A stretch of 19,362 bases of DNA from Chthoniobacteraceae bacterium (GTDB lineage: Bacteria; Verrucomicrobiota; Verrucomicrobiia; Chthoniobacterales; Chthoniobacteraceae). Position numbers and translations under genes: made by a program. The notes under the pieces are model-generated. The model did not search any database, had not been told where the DNA came from, and saw nothing but the letters and a program-made list of their open reading frames with translations. Within the stretch, counting starts at the first letter, position 1. Every line of letters begins with the position of its first letter. The stretch is from NCBI GenBank assembly GCA_040081625.1, contig JBEBGD010000105.1, positions 1 to 19,362 of the forward strand, written 5' to 3'. Positions 18,303 to 19,362 of this stretch are shown one piece after another.

Positions 18303-19362
18303 GTGAAGACGGTGCGGCCCTGCGGGCGGCTCAACGCCAAACGCCAAACGTCAAACGCCAAACTCTCAACGGCATGTGCTGGCGCGAATCGTTTGGTGTT
18401 TGGTGTTTGGCGTTTGGCGTTTGGCGTTAAGCGCCGCAGGCACCATTCATTCCTGCTCGCAGCGTTCCTCCTCGTCGCGCGCCTCCCCGCCGCCGAGCCC
18501 TCGCTCCGGCACCTCTTCCCGCCTGCCGGCGCGCAGGGAAAGACCGTCGCCATCACCGCGAGCGGGAAGTTCGACCCGTGGCCGGTGAACGCGTGGGTCG
18601 ATGCGCCGGGCATCGTCTTCAAGCCGGGCAGCAAGGCCGGGAAGTTCGACGTGGAGATCGCCGCCGATGCCGCGCCCGGCCCGCACCTCGTCCGTTTCTT
18701 CAACAAGGATGGCGCCACGATCCCGCGCTTCTTCTTCGTCTCGCCCGGGCCGGACCTCGCCGACACCGAGCCGAACGACGCCTTCGCCTCCCCGCAGAAA
18801 ATCGCGACCCTGCCCGCGACCATCGGCGGCAAACTCGACAAGGCCGGCGATGTGGACTCCTTCGCCGTCGCGCTGAAAAAAGGGCAGACACTCACCGCAT
18901 CGGTCGAGGCCTACGTGCTCGCGTCCACGTTCGACGGCGTGCTGCGCATCGTGGACGAACGCGGCACGCAGCTCGGCTTCAACCACGACGGCCGCACGCT
19001 CGATCCCTGGCTCGCGTGGACCGCGCCGCGCGACGGAACCTTTATCGTGCAGATCATGGGCTTCATCCTGCCGGCTCGCGCCGACGTGTCGCTCACCGGA
19101 GGCGAAAGCTGCATCTACCGGCTGCACCTCACGACCGAGCCGGTGCCGCGCATCGCGTTCGAGCCGGCGGAAGCCGAAGTCGCCGAGCAGGAATCCGACG
19201 CCGCGCAGACTGTCACGCTCCCCGTCGCGATTGCAGGCGCCATCGGGAAAGCCGGCGACGAAGACCGCTTCGCTTTCACCGCGGCGAAGGGACGCGCTTA
19301 CGAACTGAAGCTCGTCGGCGCGCGCGCGGGCTCGCGGCTCGCTGCGTGGAGGCGGATCGAGG
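18303..19362 (+). CDS. PPC (pre-peptidase C-terminal)-like repeat protein of DUF1501 clusters, 3' truncated
   Basis: Not in the ORF track because it has no stop. Hand translation: ...SFLLAAFLLVARLPAAEPSLRHLFPPAGAQGKTV...DTEPNDAFASPQKI.TLPATIGGKLDKAGDVDSF...YRLHL...IAGAIGKAGDEDRFAF. FP.G.Q.G, E.EPND and GD.D.F are typical of these proteins. Start uncertain: GTG 18303 after GAGAGGG, TTG 18288, or TTG/GTG codons within the repeat. Confidence 0.85.
   Translation, partial: MKTVRPCGRLNAKRQTSNAKLSTACAGANRLVFGVWRLAFGVKRRRHHSFLLAAFLLVARLPAAEPSLRHLFPPAGAQGKTVAITASGKFDPWPVNAWVDAPGIVFKPGSKAGKFDVEIAADAAPGPHLVRFFNKDGATIPRFFFVSPGPDLADTEPNDAFASPQKIATLPATIGGKLDKAGDVDSFAVALKKGQTLTASVEAYVLASTFDGVLRIVDERGTQLGFNHDGRTLDPWLAWTAPRDGTFIVQIMGFILPARADVSLTGGESCIYRLHLTTEPVPRIAFEPAEAEVAEQESDAAQTVTLPVAIAGAIGKAGDEDRFAFTAAKGRAYELKLVGARAGSRLAAWRRIE
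18311..18444. repeat. Palindromic element made of inverted heptamer tandem arrays
   Basis: Left arm 18333-18363 is AACGCCA x4 (one AACGTCA) plus AAC. Right arm 18391-18428 is GTT plus TGGYGTT x5. A 27-nt spacer separates them. Closing inverted repeats are CCTGCGG 18319-18325 / CCGCAGG 18434-18440 and GGTGC 18311-18315 / GCACC 18440-18444. Confidence 0.9.

Noticed and set aside
18333..18428. Repeat array as a CRISPR or intrinsic terminator
   Set aside because: Units are contiguous 7-mers without unique spacers, no cas genes are present, and no U-tract follows the stem.

Overview
High-GC bacterial chromosomal window. The gene content (DUF1549/DUF1553, DUF1501, DUF1080, PPC-domain proteins) suggests the PVC superphylum, probably Verrucomicrobia; this is an inference. 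Five blocks: (1) a minus-strand run of mntR, a lipoprotein, a signal-peptide-bearing SAM methyltransferase, prmA and a truncated glycerate kinase; (2) a divergent SitABCD/YfeABCD-type Mn/Fe ABC transporter preceded by a palindromic MntR-type operator; (3) a ketosynthase plus catalytically dead chain-length-factor pair with no ACP nearby, divergent from mscL; (4) a minus-strand tandem-DUF1080 protein, secreted alpha/beta-hydrolase and M42 peptidase; (5) a plus-strand operon of a cytochrome-c/WD40/DUF1549/DUF1553 fusion protein, a Tat-exported DUF1501 protein and a PPC-domain protein that runs off the end. Most notable: a ~120-bp hairpin of inverted heptamer arrays lying in frame in the apparent signal peptide of the PPC gene, an in-frame switch from glycerate kinase to FabD-like sequence in the first ~66 bp (possible chimera), and the functionally uncharacterised exported heme-protein operon. 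No rRNA, tRNA, CRISPR array or transposase was recognised. All family assignments are from motif recognition by eye, not database searches.
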